A stretch of DNA of 64,000 nt from Octopus vulgaris (lineage: Eukaryota). The notes under the pieces were generated by a model that was not told the origin of the DNA, made no database searches, and saw only the letters and a list, made by a program, of their open reading frames with translations. Numbering within the stretch: position 1 is the first letter of the stretch; each line of letters begins with the position of its first letter. A program made the position numbers and the translations under genes. The stretch covers positions 69,378,001-69,442,000 of the forward strand of contig OX597825.1 of NCBI GenBank assembly GCA_951406725.2, in the 5' to 3' direction. This document shows positions 45,831 through 58,970 of this stretch, piece by piece.

Positions 45831-48251
45831 GCCAGTATACGGTTGGTACACGTTTTCTGCTGGTTAGATTTAAGGCATGTAAAATAAAGTTTTTAAGCAC
45901 GTGAACTAAAGTCTCAAAACGGACGTCTCACCTAGTCCAGGAATTGAACTCATGACACTTTGATCATGAGCTTAGCATTCCTAATTACGAGGCTATATCC
46001 ATTCTCATACTGAAGTGAAGTAATATATTGCTTTATCAGGTTTTCTGTTTTCTTTTTCATTAGCAATATAAACTGGAATTGCAAAATTGAGCCACAATTT
46101 TGCCAAGTATATCTAAATGAAGAATGTACTGGTCAAATGTTTATATTATCAAGTTTACATTTTTAGTCAACCAATTTTATCACTATATACATGAATGTAA
46201 TGTTTTCGTCTGTTCATCATCGTTCATCATCATATTTCTTGGTTAATAAACATATTTCTTGGTTAGTAAACAATTTGTGATAGAACTATAATTAATAACT
46301 CGAATTGTAAATGTTCTTATACCCTCGGACAATTATGAAGTTTAAGTCTGGTATAAGGTAAATCCGTTTTATGGCAGAGGAGGTGCATACGATGAAATCG
46401 TTGTCAGTACTTGATCGGTCGGTACCTTAATGTATCAACCTCTAAAAGATAAGTGCGAAGGTGATCTCGCCTGATTTGAAAGTAATGCATAAATGTACGG
46501 CACTACACATGTAGCTCCGTTTATCATTGATGTATTCATCAACGATCCAGAATAAAATGGTACACTCAATTGTGAGCCATATTGTGCTTGACAAAAACTG
46601 GCTTGTAATAATGATGGGCCAGTGCTAAGTGACACATTTCTTGGACCACACAAACAAAACCCAACGATGACCCACAATACTCAACTACACAGAATGTATA
46701 CTGACAATCTTTAGACGGATTCTCGTACTCGTACCTGCAACATACAACCAATGAACAGAAATACATTCATATGTAGCTGATCTTAACAAACGATGCAGAC
46801 GAGTCTGTTCTTTACCGTAAACCGTAGAAATGATCCAGAAACTACATGATAGTGGAAGCTTTGCTGCCGTGGGCTGTAAGTTTTCTGCCAATGAATCTAC
46901 CATAAGTTCCATTTACAAAGTGTGTGAAGACGATTCATTCATAATTTTTTTATTTAAAAATAAAAAAAAACCCACCGAGATAAACGAGGACAGAAGTACT
47001 GCAAAATACTTCGCCTGTCACTCAGATTTACCATCCACTGGTCCTCAATTGTAATCATATTAACAATTCATTTCATATGATTATTTTAAGCCTGTTATTG
47101 AGTAGATAAGGGCACTGCCCCTAGCGCTGTAAAGAGCTTCCGAGGCAAATGAGAAAGAATGGGTGATATATCCTAAAACGAACGACCTTGCCCTAATATT
47201 TGATACAGACTGGATGTTGAGAAAAGCACCTAAGCAGCTGCTGGGAGCGGTGTTAAACCAAGTAATGGATTAAGTCTACCAAACAAATAAGCTACGATGG
47301 AATTTGAACTTATAACAGAACGACCAGGAGCCACAAACGAAACAAAAAAAAAACGGAAATAAAATCGCGTCTCTACAAGTCAAACGCCTTACTTTATTTA
47401 TTGGCATCGAGAAAGTGTAGGTCAAAATTGACGTCGCTCGGATTTGAAATCAGAACGTAAGATACCAGAATAAAATAACGCCACCTACTCATAACGGATT
47501 ACAAGATTTTTTCCTCTTTTTAAAGTCAAACCGACTTGTATCGAATTTGACCTTTTGGCCTACAATTTAATGGGGGAAGATAAAATACCAGTTATGCATT
47601 GAATGTTGTTATCGGTCTTAATCCCTCCTCCGCGCAAATATTTAATCATGTTTTAATTTAAGAAATGAATATATTAGTCCTTGCTACTGCAACAGCAGCA
47701 GTATTATCAGTGATAGTAATAATAGTAGCAATAGTATAAGCAGCAGCAGCAGCTGATGGTGGTGGTGAATGGCGCGCAACTTATAATTTCTCTTTAATAA
47801 ATTGATATCATTTTGAAAATAATTATTTTTGGCAATTATTTTTTAAAATAAATTACTTTATTTTTTTTTTACAAATCGTTACTAAATTTCTAGTATTATC
47901 AGTTTAATAAATTGCATCAGATTTGAAACGAATTATATTATCAATATTTCTACAAAATCTGATGGCATTTTGACTGTTGATTTCGTTCTGCACACGTTAA
48001 TATTATTTCTAGCATAAAATGCTAAAATAATAGGAAAAAATTGAAGCCGTTCTATGCAGAACATTAATTCATTTCACAAGACAATATCTCTTGTCATAAC
48101 GTGTGGCAACTCGGCCGGCCAGCGTTAGTAACCGGCACTACCAGCGTGTTGCAGTAAAAGTTTTAATGAAAACAAAATTAAATTCTTCCTCCAATGAGAA
48201 TGGACAATGACAATTCCAACAGAAATTGCACTCATAACAACAACAATAATA

Positions 48252-48467
48252 ATCCTTTCTACTAAAGGCACAAGGCTTGAAGTTTTGGGGGAGGGGACTA
48301 GTCGATTACACCGACCCCAATGTTTCACTTGTATTTATTCTATCGACTCCGAGAGAATGAAAGGTGAAGTCGACCTCGGCAGAATTTGAACTCATAACGT
48401 AAAGACGGACGAAATCTTGCTGAGCATTTTGCCTGGCATGCTAAAGATTCTCTCGGCTCGCCACCTG
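48252..48467 (-). mobile_element. SINE family A
   Basis: ggcacaaggc...ggggagggactagtcgattaca...gtcgacctcggcagaatttgaactc. Confidence 0.85.
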
Positions 48468-48468
48468 A

Positions 48469-48515
<47 letters not shown>

Positions 48516-49479
48516 TAAAACATGAAGAAGAAGAAGAAGATGAAGAAACAACAAAAGCTATAAAACAAATGAAATCCAAACTAAAAATAGAACAGCAACG
48601 AACCATGATAAAACGATGGCAAGAAAAGCCCCTTCATGGTAAATACTGGACTAAACTAAACGCAAAAGAAATAGACAAAGAAAAATCCCAGCAATGGTTG
48701 AGAAGCTCAGGACTCAAAGCAGAAACAGAGGGATTTTTAATTGCAGCACAAGACCAAAGCCTCCCCACCAGAAATTACCAAAAACATGTAATGAAAAGAA
48801 ATATTACAAGTAACTGCAGAATATGTGGAGATGGACAAGAAACAATAAATCATATTATCTCTAGCTGCCCAGTCCTGGCTAAGAAGGAATATATTCACAG
48901 ACATGACAGAGTTGGAACCTACATACATTGGAAGCTATGCCAACATTATGGAATAACAACAGAAAAAAGATGGTATAGGCACACACCAGAAAAGGTCACA
49001 GAAAACGAGAAAGCAACCATACTCTGGGATATGCCGATACACACAGATAGATAAATTAAGGCCAACAGACCAGATATAGTTGTCAGAGATCATGAAGAAA
49101 AAAATGCTTTCTAATTGATGTATCAATACCGGCTGATGACAACGTGTCTCTAAAAGAAATGGAGAAACTCTGAAAATACAAAGACCTGGAAATAGAGGTA
49201 ACTAGAATGTGGAATCTGAAAACAGAAACAATTCCTATCATAGTAGGTGCATCAGGCATGATAAAAAATATTCAGACAAATACATAACAAAAACACCAGG
49301 ACTTACAAACACATATAACATACAGAAAATTGCACTACTAGGCACTGCACACATCCTACGCAGAACACTTTCCATACAATAACCATCAGAGCATCACAAC
49401 AAATCACAGCACATACCCAAGGCACACAGAGCTGTGCTCGGTAGTGAAGTGAAAGCACGCTATAAAAATAAAACTACTG
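48516..49479 (+). mobile_element. R4/Dong-type LINE 3' part inserted in (TAA)n
   Basis: WQEKPLHG, LKAETEGFLIAAQDQ, CCHC knuckle CRICGDGQETINHIISSC, RHD, NRPDIV...IDVSIP...EK..KYKDL restriction-like endonuclease; in-frame stops near 49052 and 49171; (TAA)n on both sides. Confidence 0.93.
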
Positions 49480-49514
49480 AATAATGATAATAATAATGAT
49501 AATAATAATAATAA

Positions 49515-49792
49515 CTGATGTAATTGATCTATCAATACCAGCAAATGACAACGTTTCTCTAAAAGAAATGGAGAAACTTACAAAATACAAAGACTTGGAA
49601 ATAGAGGTAACTCGAATGTGGAATCTAAAAACAGAAACAATTCCTATCATAGTAGGCGCATTAGGTATGATAAAAAAATATTCAAACAAATACATAACAA
49701 AAACACCAGGACTTAAAACTATATATAACATACAGAAACTTGCACTACTGGGCACTGCACACATCCTACGCAAAACACTCTCAATGGCGTAA
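49515..49792 (+). mobile_element. Second, shorter R4/Dong-type fragment in tandem
   Basis: IDLSIPANDNVSLKEMEKLTKYKDLEIE...LLGTAHILRKTL, closely similar to 49115-49381. Confidence 0.9.
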
Positions 49793-50846
49793 CTATGATA
49801 ACAGAATTGAGAGTAGAGAATTAAGGAGTTCTGCCGAAATTAAATGACGTGGAGGTCAATTTTATGATCCGCTGTCTCCGATCAATGCACTTAGTATTTC
49901 TCGACCGAACCAGGGTCGAATCTAATACACAAAATAATCCTGATTGGAAATTGCTTTTCATTATAAACCGCTGTAATAACTGAAGACTTGTCTTCAAACA
50001 ACAACAAAAAAAACAACAACACATATAACCAGAATCAGTATTTTAATGGGATCAAATTAATAGGGTTTTTATTAATCCCTGCTTTATCCATATAGGGATT
50101 TGTGGAAAAGCATAAAATAGTTGGAGTGAAGTGATATTTTAAATACAGCAAAGTTTTCCTATATCATAGCTAAAAGTTAAGTTTGGTGAATTACCAACGG
50201 ATATTAGTTTGGCAACATTATGGGGAAATATTTGCTAATTAATCACAAGTGACACAGATCAAAGTCAGATATTGAAATAACTATGAGATGTAATTACTTG
50301 GAAATGGGTAACACGATGCTATAACTCCAAGTAAGCAATTCCAGTAATTATCACAGAATTTTGTTATCGGTAAATTGAAGCCATTTACATACTATACGGT
50401 CTAAGTGAAAACTCTAAAACCTACTCGTCAATTAGAGACCTAAAAAGGGATTAAGGAGGAAAATTTACGATATCTGATATAATAGATACATAACTGGCAG
50501 CACGTATTTGATGAGTTTTATCGATCATAAATTTTGAAGCAAAATATGAAATAATTGTAAAACAGCAAAAAAGAAAAAAACCCACGTATGACTGGATATA
50601 AAATTTGAAGTTATCAATATGGACTCGGTGAGTTTTTAATATTTTACGAGCTATTTAACCATCAGTGAAGTAATAGATGCAAGCTTGCACGAGGGATTGT
50701 ATTAATTACATTGCAATATTATTATTTATTTATAGGGAAAGGATATGGTGGTTACTATGAATTGTGAAGTGTCAAAACAACACTAATATAGATATGTAAA
50801 TGTGATGATATATACGCATACATACATACATGCTTGTATACATACA

Positions 50847-50882
<36 letters not shown>

Positions 50883-50987
50883 TACATCTATAAATATATG
50901 TATATATATATATGTATGTATATATAATTATTGGAAATGGATGCGCGGCGGAGTTCAATCATATAATAATATAAATAATATATATAT

Positions 50988-51759
50988 AATTAATTGTTAT
51001 CGCCATATTAATATGGCATTCTTATAGATATAAGAATAATCGCTGCCGCTGGCCAGCTCTATGAGGCCACCGCCATCAAGATAGCTATTGATACACGATC
51101 TGTATCCATTATAACCTTCGAACAAGGGAGGTCAGCCGCTTCACACTGCCAGTCCGACAGCTACAGACGCGTTTCGGGGTATTGCCCCTTGTCAATGTAG
51201 CGCAGTCAGACCCGCAGGTGTCGCCACTGACGTCTCTCTTCGAAGGTTTCTATTTACCTAGTTTCAGTGGAATACATCCACTTGTTTTCAATAATAGAAA
51301 TATTAAAATTACTAAGTCTCTATAAAAGAGATTACGGCAGCGTTTACTGGAAATTAATTGTTATCGCCATATTAATATCGCCATATTAATTTCTATTATT
51401 GAAAACAAGTGGATGTATTCCACTGAAACTAAGTAAATAGAAACCTTCGAACAAAGACGTCAGTGGCGAAACCTGCGGGTCTGACTGCGCTACATTGACA
51501 AGGGGCAATACCCCGAAACGCGTCTGTAGCTGTCGGACTGGCAGTGTGAAGCGGCTGACCTCCCTTGTTCGAAGGTTATAATGGATACAGATCGTGTATC
51601 AATAGCTATCTTGATGGCGGTGGCCTCATGGAGCTGACCAGCGGTAGCGATTATTCTTATACCTATAAGAATGCCATATTAATATGGCGATAACAATTAA
51701 TTTCCAGTAAACGCTGCCGTAATCTCTTTTATAGAGACTTAGTAATTTTAATATTTCTA
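50988..51759. mobile_element. Inverted pair of a circularly permuted 364-nt hammerhead-bearing monomer (retrozyme-like) within (TA)n
   Basis: Left arm repeats aattaattgttatcgccatattaat at 50988 and 51352; right arm repeats tttcta at 51390 and 51754 (both period 364); hammerheads at 51160-51201 (-) and 51489-51530 (+). Confidence 0.85.
51489..51530 (+). ncRNA. Type I hammerhead, U3-A8 core variant
   Basis: gctaca-TTGACAA-ggggcaatacccc-GAAAC-gc-GTC-tgtagc; stems I and II perfect, palindromic ACGCGT stem III. Confidence 0.8.
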
Positions 51760-51798
<39 letters not shown>

Positions 51799-51849
51799 AG
51801 TATGTATATATATACATATATGTACATACTTCCATATATATATATATAT

Positions 51850-52270
51850 AAAGTTAATCCAAACAAGAAAGCACAAAAAAACACAACAACGCGAGGACGT
51901 GGAACAAATAGAGCATTATTGGACGCTCAGGAAAGAAGGATGTATGCATATATGGTTACAGGACATCTTAAAACGTAAACAACATGAAATAGGATGTCGA
52001 ACAATATTTTTCGAACAACGAGAGAAACAAATGGAAAACAATACAAGTAACATAAAAAACGACCCTTCATCAGTTGTCGGCTGTTTATATATTTCAAATT
52101 TTGAGCAATTCACGACAATATGTGTCTTCGATAAAACAGTTTCTCCCGCAGCCAAAATATAATTTGGGATTTTCAGAGGGTGAAAACAGGACAGTGAAAA
52201 CAAATAGTGAGGGCCGGTAGGCCATAATACGAAGTAAGGTGGTGAACGCTTGAGGGACAATGTTTGGCAG
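51850..52270 (-). mobile_element. Two abutting Penelope-like 3' fragments between TA tracts
   Basis: 51850-51940 matches the tail of 27325-27518; 51945-52270 ends like 22238-22380 (gtcctgta...tatatgcat) and contains CTGATGA at 52067-52073. Confidence 0.55.
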
Positions 52271-52288
52271 GAGAAAAGATAGGAGAAG

Positions 52289-52353
<65 letters not shown>

Positions 52354-52369
52354 CATGCATACATATACA

Positions 52370-52515
52370 TACGACGGGATTTCACTTTGTGTCTACTAAA
52401 TCCATTCACAAGGCTATAGTGAGAGACAATTGCCCAATGGTCCAGGCAGTGGGACTGAACCTGGATCAATGTGGTTGGGAAGCAAGGTTATTACCATTCA
52501 CCCACGTCCGCGCCT
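52370..52515 (-). mobile_element. SINE family B head half
   Basis: tacgacggg...aaatccattcacaaggc...cagtgggactgaacc. Confidence 0.75.
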
Positions 52516-52547
52516 ATATATATACATATATATATCTATCTATCTAT

Positions 52548-52614
<67 letters not shown>

Positions 52615-52721
52615 TATATATATACACACATATATATATACACACATATATATATATACATACATATATACATATATATATATATACACACATATATATA
52701 TACCCAGATATATATATATAT

Positions 52722-52798
<77 letters not shown>

Positions 52799-52809
52799 CA
52801 CATATATAT

Positions 52810-53253
52810 ATAAAAAAGAAGTTTGAAAACGCGACTATATAAGATAAATTTTAATTTTATTTGAAATTTTACATGTTTCGGTTCTTCTTGAAAAAACGAA
52901 TCTTATCAAAATTATTTTAAAACGTGAAGTGTAATAAAAAAGTTCATAGTTGTTTCTTACTGGTCTCAACAGAATCGTCCTATGTGTTCGAATACAACTA
53001 AAGAAAAATCTTTACTTTTTCTTTAGTTTTATTCGAACACATAAGACAGCTGTTATACTTACTCCCCACAAAATAAAAACAACGTGGATTCTGTTGAGAC
53101 CAGTAAGAAATAATTATGAACTTTTTTATTACACTTGACGTTTTAAAATATTTTTGATAAGGTTCGTTTTTTCAAGAAGAACCGAAACATGTAAAATTTC
53201 TAAGAAAATTAAAATTTATCATATTTAGTGGTGTTTTCAAACTTCTTTTTTAT
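52810..53253. mobile_element. Head-to-head inverted pair of an AT-rich hammerhead-bearing element within (TA)n, with a nested inner palindrome
   Basis: Arms 52810-52976 / 53087-53253; inner arms 52977-53011 / 53017-53048; attt-TTGATAA-ggttc...gaacc-GAAAC-at-GTA-aaat at 53150-53197. Confidence 0.8.
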
Positions 53254-53285
53254 AAATATATACCTACTCGTATACGACCTACACT

Positions 53286-53321
<36 letters not shown>

Positions 53322-53809
53322 CTATACATAAATGCATATGAAATTATATACATATTCATACATCATATATAACAACAGACTTTCTGTATATAGAATTTAT
53401 CGACATCATTTTACGCGTATTTCATTAGCAATAAATTTACGTCAGTTACTCAAAGAAAATCATAGAAGCCGATTGTATTGTCAAATCTCGTGAGGTTTCG
53501 TAACTCTCATGAAACTTAGCAATGCAATCTACTTATACATTTTTTCTTTATATATGTAAATTTTTAATTCACTTTTTAAAGAAATGTAAATATGATTATA
53601 TAATTAAATACACTATCAATAAGCTGTCGTCTTTTGTTTATCTTTCTATATATTTCTTGGAGGTTTCAACCAAATGATACTCCAAATATATTTCAAGTAC
53701 TCGTCACTGTTACCGTTTGGATAGTCAAGAATAAAGATTTTAAAGTTCTAAATACTGTTTCTGTATTGAGTAATTCTTATTGAAGTCGTACGACGTAATT
53801 ATGTCGTTT

Positions 53810-54010
53810 AACTTTTATTTGTTTTAGTAATTAGACGGCAGCCATGCTGGGGCACCACCTTAGAGAATTTTAATCGAATGAATCGATCCCAGTACATTTT
53901 TTAAAGCTTGGTACTGAGCCTATCGATCTCTTTTGCGAAATCGCTAGGTTACGAGGACGTCAAGACTTCAGCACCAGATGTGAAGCGGTATTCAGCAAAC
54001 ACAAGCACGC
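53810..54010 (-). mobile_element. SINE family B 3' half, diverged
   Basis: gcagccatgctggggcaccacc...atcgatccc agtac. Confidence 0.7.
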
Positions 54011-54133
54011 AAACAAATATACACTCCTAAACGCAGGCATACACACACACACACACTCACACACACACACACAGACGCACGTACACGCACACATACACAC
54101 ACACATATATATATACATATATATATAGAGAGA

Positions 54134-54342
54134 GGGTAATCCCTCGCCATATCGCGGTTCACCTATTGCGTTTTACCTATCGCGCTTCACCTATTGTGGT
54201 TTATTATTCAAACTTACGTCGATCCCTCTGCGGTGTTGTTTTGCATTTATAGTAAAATGCATATATACAAATTTTAACAGTAATAGAAAAAATATACAGT
54301 ACAGTACTGTTTCTACTTCACGGATTTTCACCTATTGCGGTG
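54134..54342 (+). mobile_element. pogo/Tigger-like MITE remnant
   Basis: gtaatccctcgccatatcgcggttcacc start with repeated ttcacctattgcg subterminal motifs. Confidence 0.55.
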
Positions 54343-55064
54343 TTTTAATATAAAAGTGAAAAGGAAATATAGGTGCTCGAAATTAGACTTAAAATCCCTT
54401 AGAGCGCTGCGACAAAGCATTTTTATCAGATACCGACAGGAGGCTAGATCATTATAGTAGACTAGTTTCGCTTGAAAATTACAAACTTATCTGTAGTGGC
54501 TACTCGATTCCTGGATGGTTAAGCTAAATCCTACTTGTCAGCATATAGTATTTACCGTATGAATTTATAGCCGATTCAGCAAAATGGTAATGTGAAAATT
54601 ATACAATAATGAAAGCAGCTATATGCAATATAAAACCAAACAGCTATATCCCCACACACACATACACACACACGCACATCAGAATTGTGCAATAGAAGCA
54701 ACCATATAATGAAAACATAATACCACATGGGAAGCCAATGTGGTATTAAAGAAGCTTTATAATGGATGGTATTTAGGGATTCTTGTAGTCAGTAATAATG
54801 TATCGAAAATTGTAGCATCAAATATGTGCTTCTTTATATCAGGCAGTCGGCTATGTTTGAGAGAGATTTAGCTGTTGTTTCTAATAGGTCGAATAATTTT
54901 GTAAATGACTTTGCAGTCATGAGCATTCCATTTTTGTCGCAGATATGACAATTTTAGGACAACGTTGTCTAATTTTTTTTCTGTATATATTTTTTTCAAA
55001 AGAACAAAATGGCAGCTGGGCAGAAATTTGACCTGTTATTTCTTGCAAGTTGTCAATTGAAGTT

Positions 55065-55208
55065 GTAGGTCGACTTTGCCTTTCATCTTTTCGGCTTCGA
55101 ATAAATTAAGTACCAGTTACGCACTGGGGTCGATGTAATCGACTTAATCCGTTTGTCTGTCCTTGTTTGTCCCCTCTGTGTTTAGCCCCTTGTGGGTAGT
55201 AAAGAAAT
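55065..55208 (+). mobile_element. 5'-truncated SINE family A
   Basis: aggtcgactttgcctttcatc...gtgggtagtaaagaaata. Confidence 0.85.
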
Positions 55209-56440
55209 ATATATATATATGTTTAACAGAACAACTCTGTTGTTATAATATGTTCCTATTTCCTCTAGCACAAAAATATAGTAGAAACATGTGATAAACG
55301 CAAATCTACTGATGTTGATATTTACACCTCATACAGTTCACACCATGAAAATACTGCCTTATGGTTGATATGAAATTAAAAACGGATGGAGTTTAGGTTC
55401 AGCGTCCTAATATTGATAATATCTATAGCAATGCTTTTGTTTAAAATTTTATATGCAGACGAAATTAGAATAAAGCATGATTATATATTTCTGTGATGGC
55501 CGTTTATCTCTTTTCCGAGAGAAAATCTTTGATTTAACTCATGTTGAATAGTTTATTGATGAGATCAATTGGTCCTCCAAGAGAATAGTGCTATACGCTA
55601 TCAATAATCTACTATATTTATTATCTTAAACAACATAATGTTCTGCCTTTTATGCTTTGATTGCTACCATAGCTCGAAGCTCCAGGTCATATGAGCGTAT
55701 AATCGATTATATCACCTTAATAATTCATTCTTTTTTTTTTATTTTGATCAGTAGATGAAAGAGAAGCGGACGTGAGCAGGAGTTTAAGCTCAGAACGTAA
55801 GGTTACGAAACCCTGAACATAAATTATTTAGTTGTCTCTGTACTCTTGCTAATCTAGCGCCTTCAGTTTACTGTTAAGATTATGTAGGTTAACGCAGCTG
55901 GGTTGTAGGTTTGTTAGCACGTAGGAAAAAATGATTAAGAGAATGCGTTCCGGCTCCTTACATCTGGAGTTCAAATTCTGTCGACGTCATTTTGCCTTTC
56001 ATTCTTTCGGAGCCGTTAAATGACTGACTCTCTTCTCAAAATTGATGGCCTTGTGCTCAATTTAGAGAGAATATCTATGTTGGTAGAAAGAGTTTTCAGT
56101 GCGTAGGAAGTTACCTACTGGTCAATAAAAACTTGTGCGCTTAATTCCAAGAGGTTTATAAATCCTTTACGTCATTTGTAACCTAGGAATACATAGGTGC
56201 ACCATATTTGCTTGTTTTTTTCTCTTTCAACGTTTGCCTTAAAAAACAAAGACAAAACAGACTTCTGTGTGGCTAAGAACCAAGTAGTTTCGTGTTCAAA
56301 CTTAGCAATTTTAGCAAAACATATTAAGCAACACTAATAATAAATCAAAACACATAAAAATACAAGCTTTTGACGGTTTTATAGATACTTCAAAATTATG
56401 ATTCTATGATGCTAGGTGTTTCCATTATTTTGTCCAACCC

Positions 56441-56519
<79 letters not shown>

Positions 56520-56528
<9 letters not shown>

Positions 56529-56720
56529 ATTGTGCTTGTGTGTGTCTCCCACTTCAGTGCTTGACGGCCGATGTTTTGTTACTATTCTCGTAATTTAGTG
56601 TTTTAGCGTTTCGTACAAACGAACCTATATAATAAATACCAAACTTAAAAAATAACTACTTGTAATCCAAGATGGTGCCTTAGCATGGCAGCAGCCAAAT
56701 TTTAGAAACGAATAAAAGAA
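56520..56720 (+). mobile_element. SINE family B 3' half, diverged
   Basis: gcttgacggccgatg...gatggtgccttagcatggcagcag. Confidence 0.6.
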
Positions 56721-56729
56721 AACATTTAA

Positions 56730-57405
56730 AAGTTTATTTCAGTAAATTTTGACGATAATGAATTCTTCAGTAAAAGAATTTTTACATCATTAAGCTGGTG
56801 TTGGGAACATAAATGAACCTGAAATTTGCTGAAATGTTTTAAGCTAGATCATATCAAATCAAATATTTTATATCATAGATATACCATAGATGCCAGAACG
56901 TTCTCAAGCAGATTGATATCAAAAGTGTTAAATGATGTGTTTTTTAAATAGTATTTATGAAGTAGATTAGTAATCTTTTATTTCTGAATATATATTTAAG
57001 TTGCAAAGAGTTTCATTCAATACATTGCATATAAAAAGAGAATAAAACGTTTACGTGATATAGTATTTAAAATTTATTCTCGGCATTAACTACTGGTAGT
57101 ATTCCCTGTTGGAATTTCGACATTGCCAAGAAAACATTACTGACAATAACATCCCATTATGCCGCCAGAAAGGTGCCATTAACTGTATCATTAACATATT
57201 TCTGTCTAACCACATTGCCTTTGTTTCAAATATTTTTGAAAATAATGAAAACTTTAATAAAATATTATTGCCATTTCTAAAGTAGCGTTTGAAATATTAA
57301 CAGACATGAAATGTTAATAGTTATTAATATAGATAATTTTAAACAGAACATTTGTATTATAGAACTAGGGACGGTCTCCGGGAGTTTGGAATCAAAAAGG
57401 TTAAC
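56730..57405 (+). mobile_element. Two diverged copies of a TTAA-ended (piggyBac-like) MITE
   Basis: Related segments end in atcaaaagtgttaa (about 56932) and atcaaaaaggttaa (about 57404). Confidence 0.4.
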
Positions 57406-58206
57406 GTATATATGTTACATGAGATTAAAAAAATGTTTACCGTATGGTTAAATTCTATAACTTAGAAATATATCACGTTTTGCACATGAGTAGTACGGAG
57501 GATTATTCAAAGCATAACAAAAATAAAACAAAAACTGGACAAATAACACATTGAATTCAAATTTTCACAAATTTAAATATTCGTTGCATTCACTGCGGAA
57601 TAGATTTAATAAATAATATTAATTTTTTGCAGGCGAAATTTTCCGTTTTTATTTGCAACAGTCTCTCGCTTCTATTTTCATTAATGATAATTTAATATAT
57701 ATACATTTCAATGTTTTCGAAACACACAGTTTGTTCTATTTACGTAAAGTAAAAAAATATATTTATTGAATGAATAGATGTTATTATATAACATAGCTGT
57801 ATAACTTTAAGGCTTCTCTGATATAGTATACTAATATAATTAAAAAACGAATTAAGAAGTGATTTTGCTGGTATGACTGTTTAGAACGCTATAAGTCTTA
57901 GAATAATAACTATGTGATCGCTGCTATTTCTAGCACGCTAAACGTGTTAGGGTTACCTTAAAGTTTCTTTAATTTCCAGATATATTACAACTACGATAAA
58001 TTACTGAAATAAATATTTACTAAGCAAGTTAGTTTTTTTTATAAATTGAAGTTTGCAGGAAAAAATACTTTCTGAACTTTCTTTTATATTTCAAGTTCAC
58101 AAATTTAAATATTCGGTAGAAGATACTTTTCAACAAGCTTTTATTTACATGATCTTTTCAAATCAAGTGTATTTCATTCATTGCTTGCAACGTTCTCTCT
58201 CCTCCT

Positions 58207-58246
<40 letters not shown>

Positions 58247-58419
58247 ACACACACACGCATATTTCTCTCTATTATAACACACATACTCCGGGTTTGACTA
58301 GCAGAAAACAGTTCAGTGGGCGGTATATCTGCTGGTATATATAAATACATATCTAAATACACATATAGGCACACGCGCATACACATGCATACACACACAC
58401 ACACAAACACACACACACA

Positions 58420-58460
<41 letters not shown>

Positions 58461-58673
58461 TTACATTCCTATTATCTAAATGTGCTTCTTCGAAGCTCTG
58501 AAGATGAGGTTAGTATCTTATGTTTTATTAAATGAAACTTTCATTTGCAAAACGACAGTACGTATGGTTGCAAAATGTTGAAGTGTAGATGAGTTTCCTC
58601 ATCCGCAAATTAAAAACCAAGAAATAAATCCCAGGGAAAAATAGTGATAGCCTCTGAAATTTAGATGTTATGT

Positions 58674-58970
58674 GTGGAGGCACTTGGCCTAGTGGCTAAA
58701 GCAGCGGCCTCGCGGTTGAGGGATCACGGGTTCGAATCTCAGACCGGGAGATGTATGTGTTTGTGACCGAAACACCTAAGCTCCACGCGGCTCCGGTAGA
58801 AGGTAATGGCGAACTTCTGATGACTCTTTCGCCACAACTTTCTCTCACTCTTTCCTCCTGCATCTTGCAGCTCACCTGCGACTGACCGGCGTCCCGTTCA
58901 GGTTGGGAACCTATACGCCAAGGAAACCAGGAAACCGGCCCTAATGAGCCAGGCATGGCTCAAGAAGGAA
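58674..58970 (+). mobile_element. SINE family C variant
   Basis: gtggaggcacttggcctagtgg...ggttcgaatctcagaccggg...ctaagctccacg.ggctccgg. Confidence 0.85.

Noticed and set aside
58812-58835. CTGATGA inside a SINE
   Set aside because: Point variant of SINE family C body sequence; no ribozyme fold
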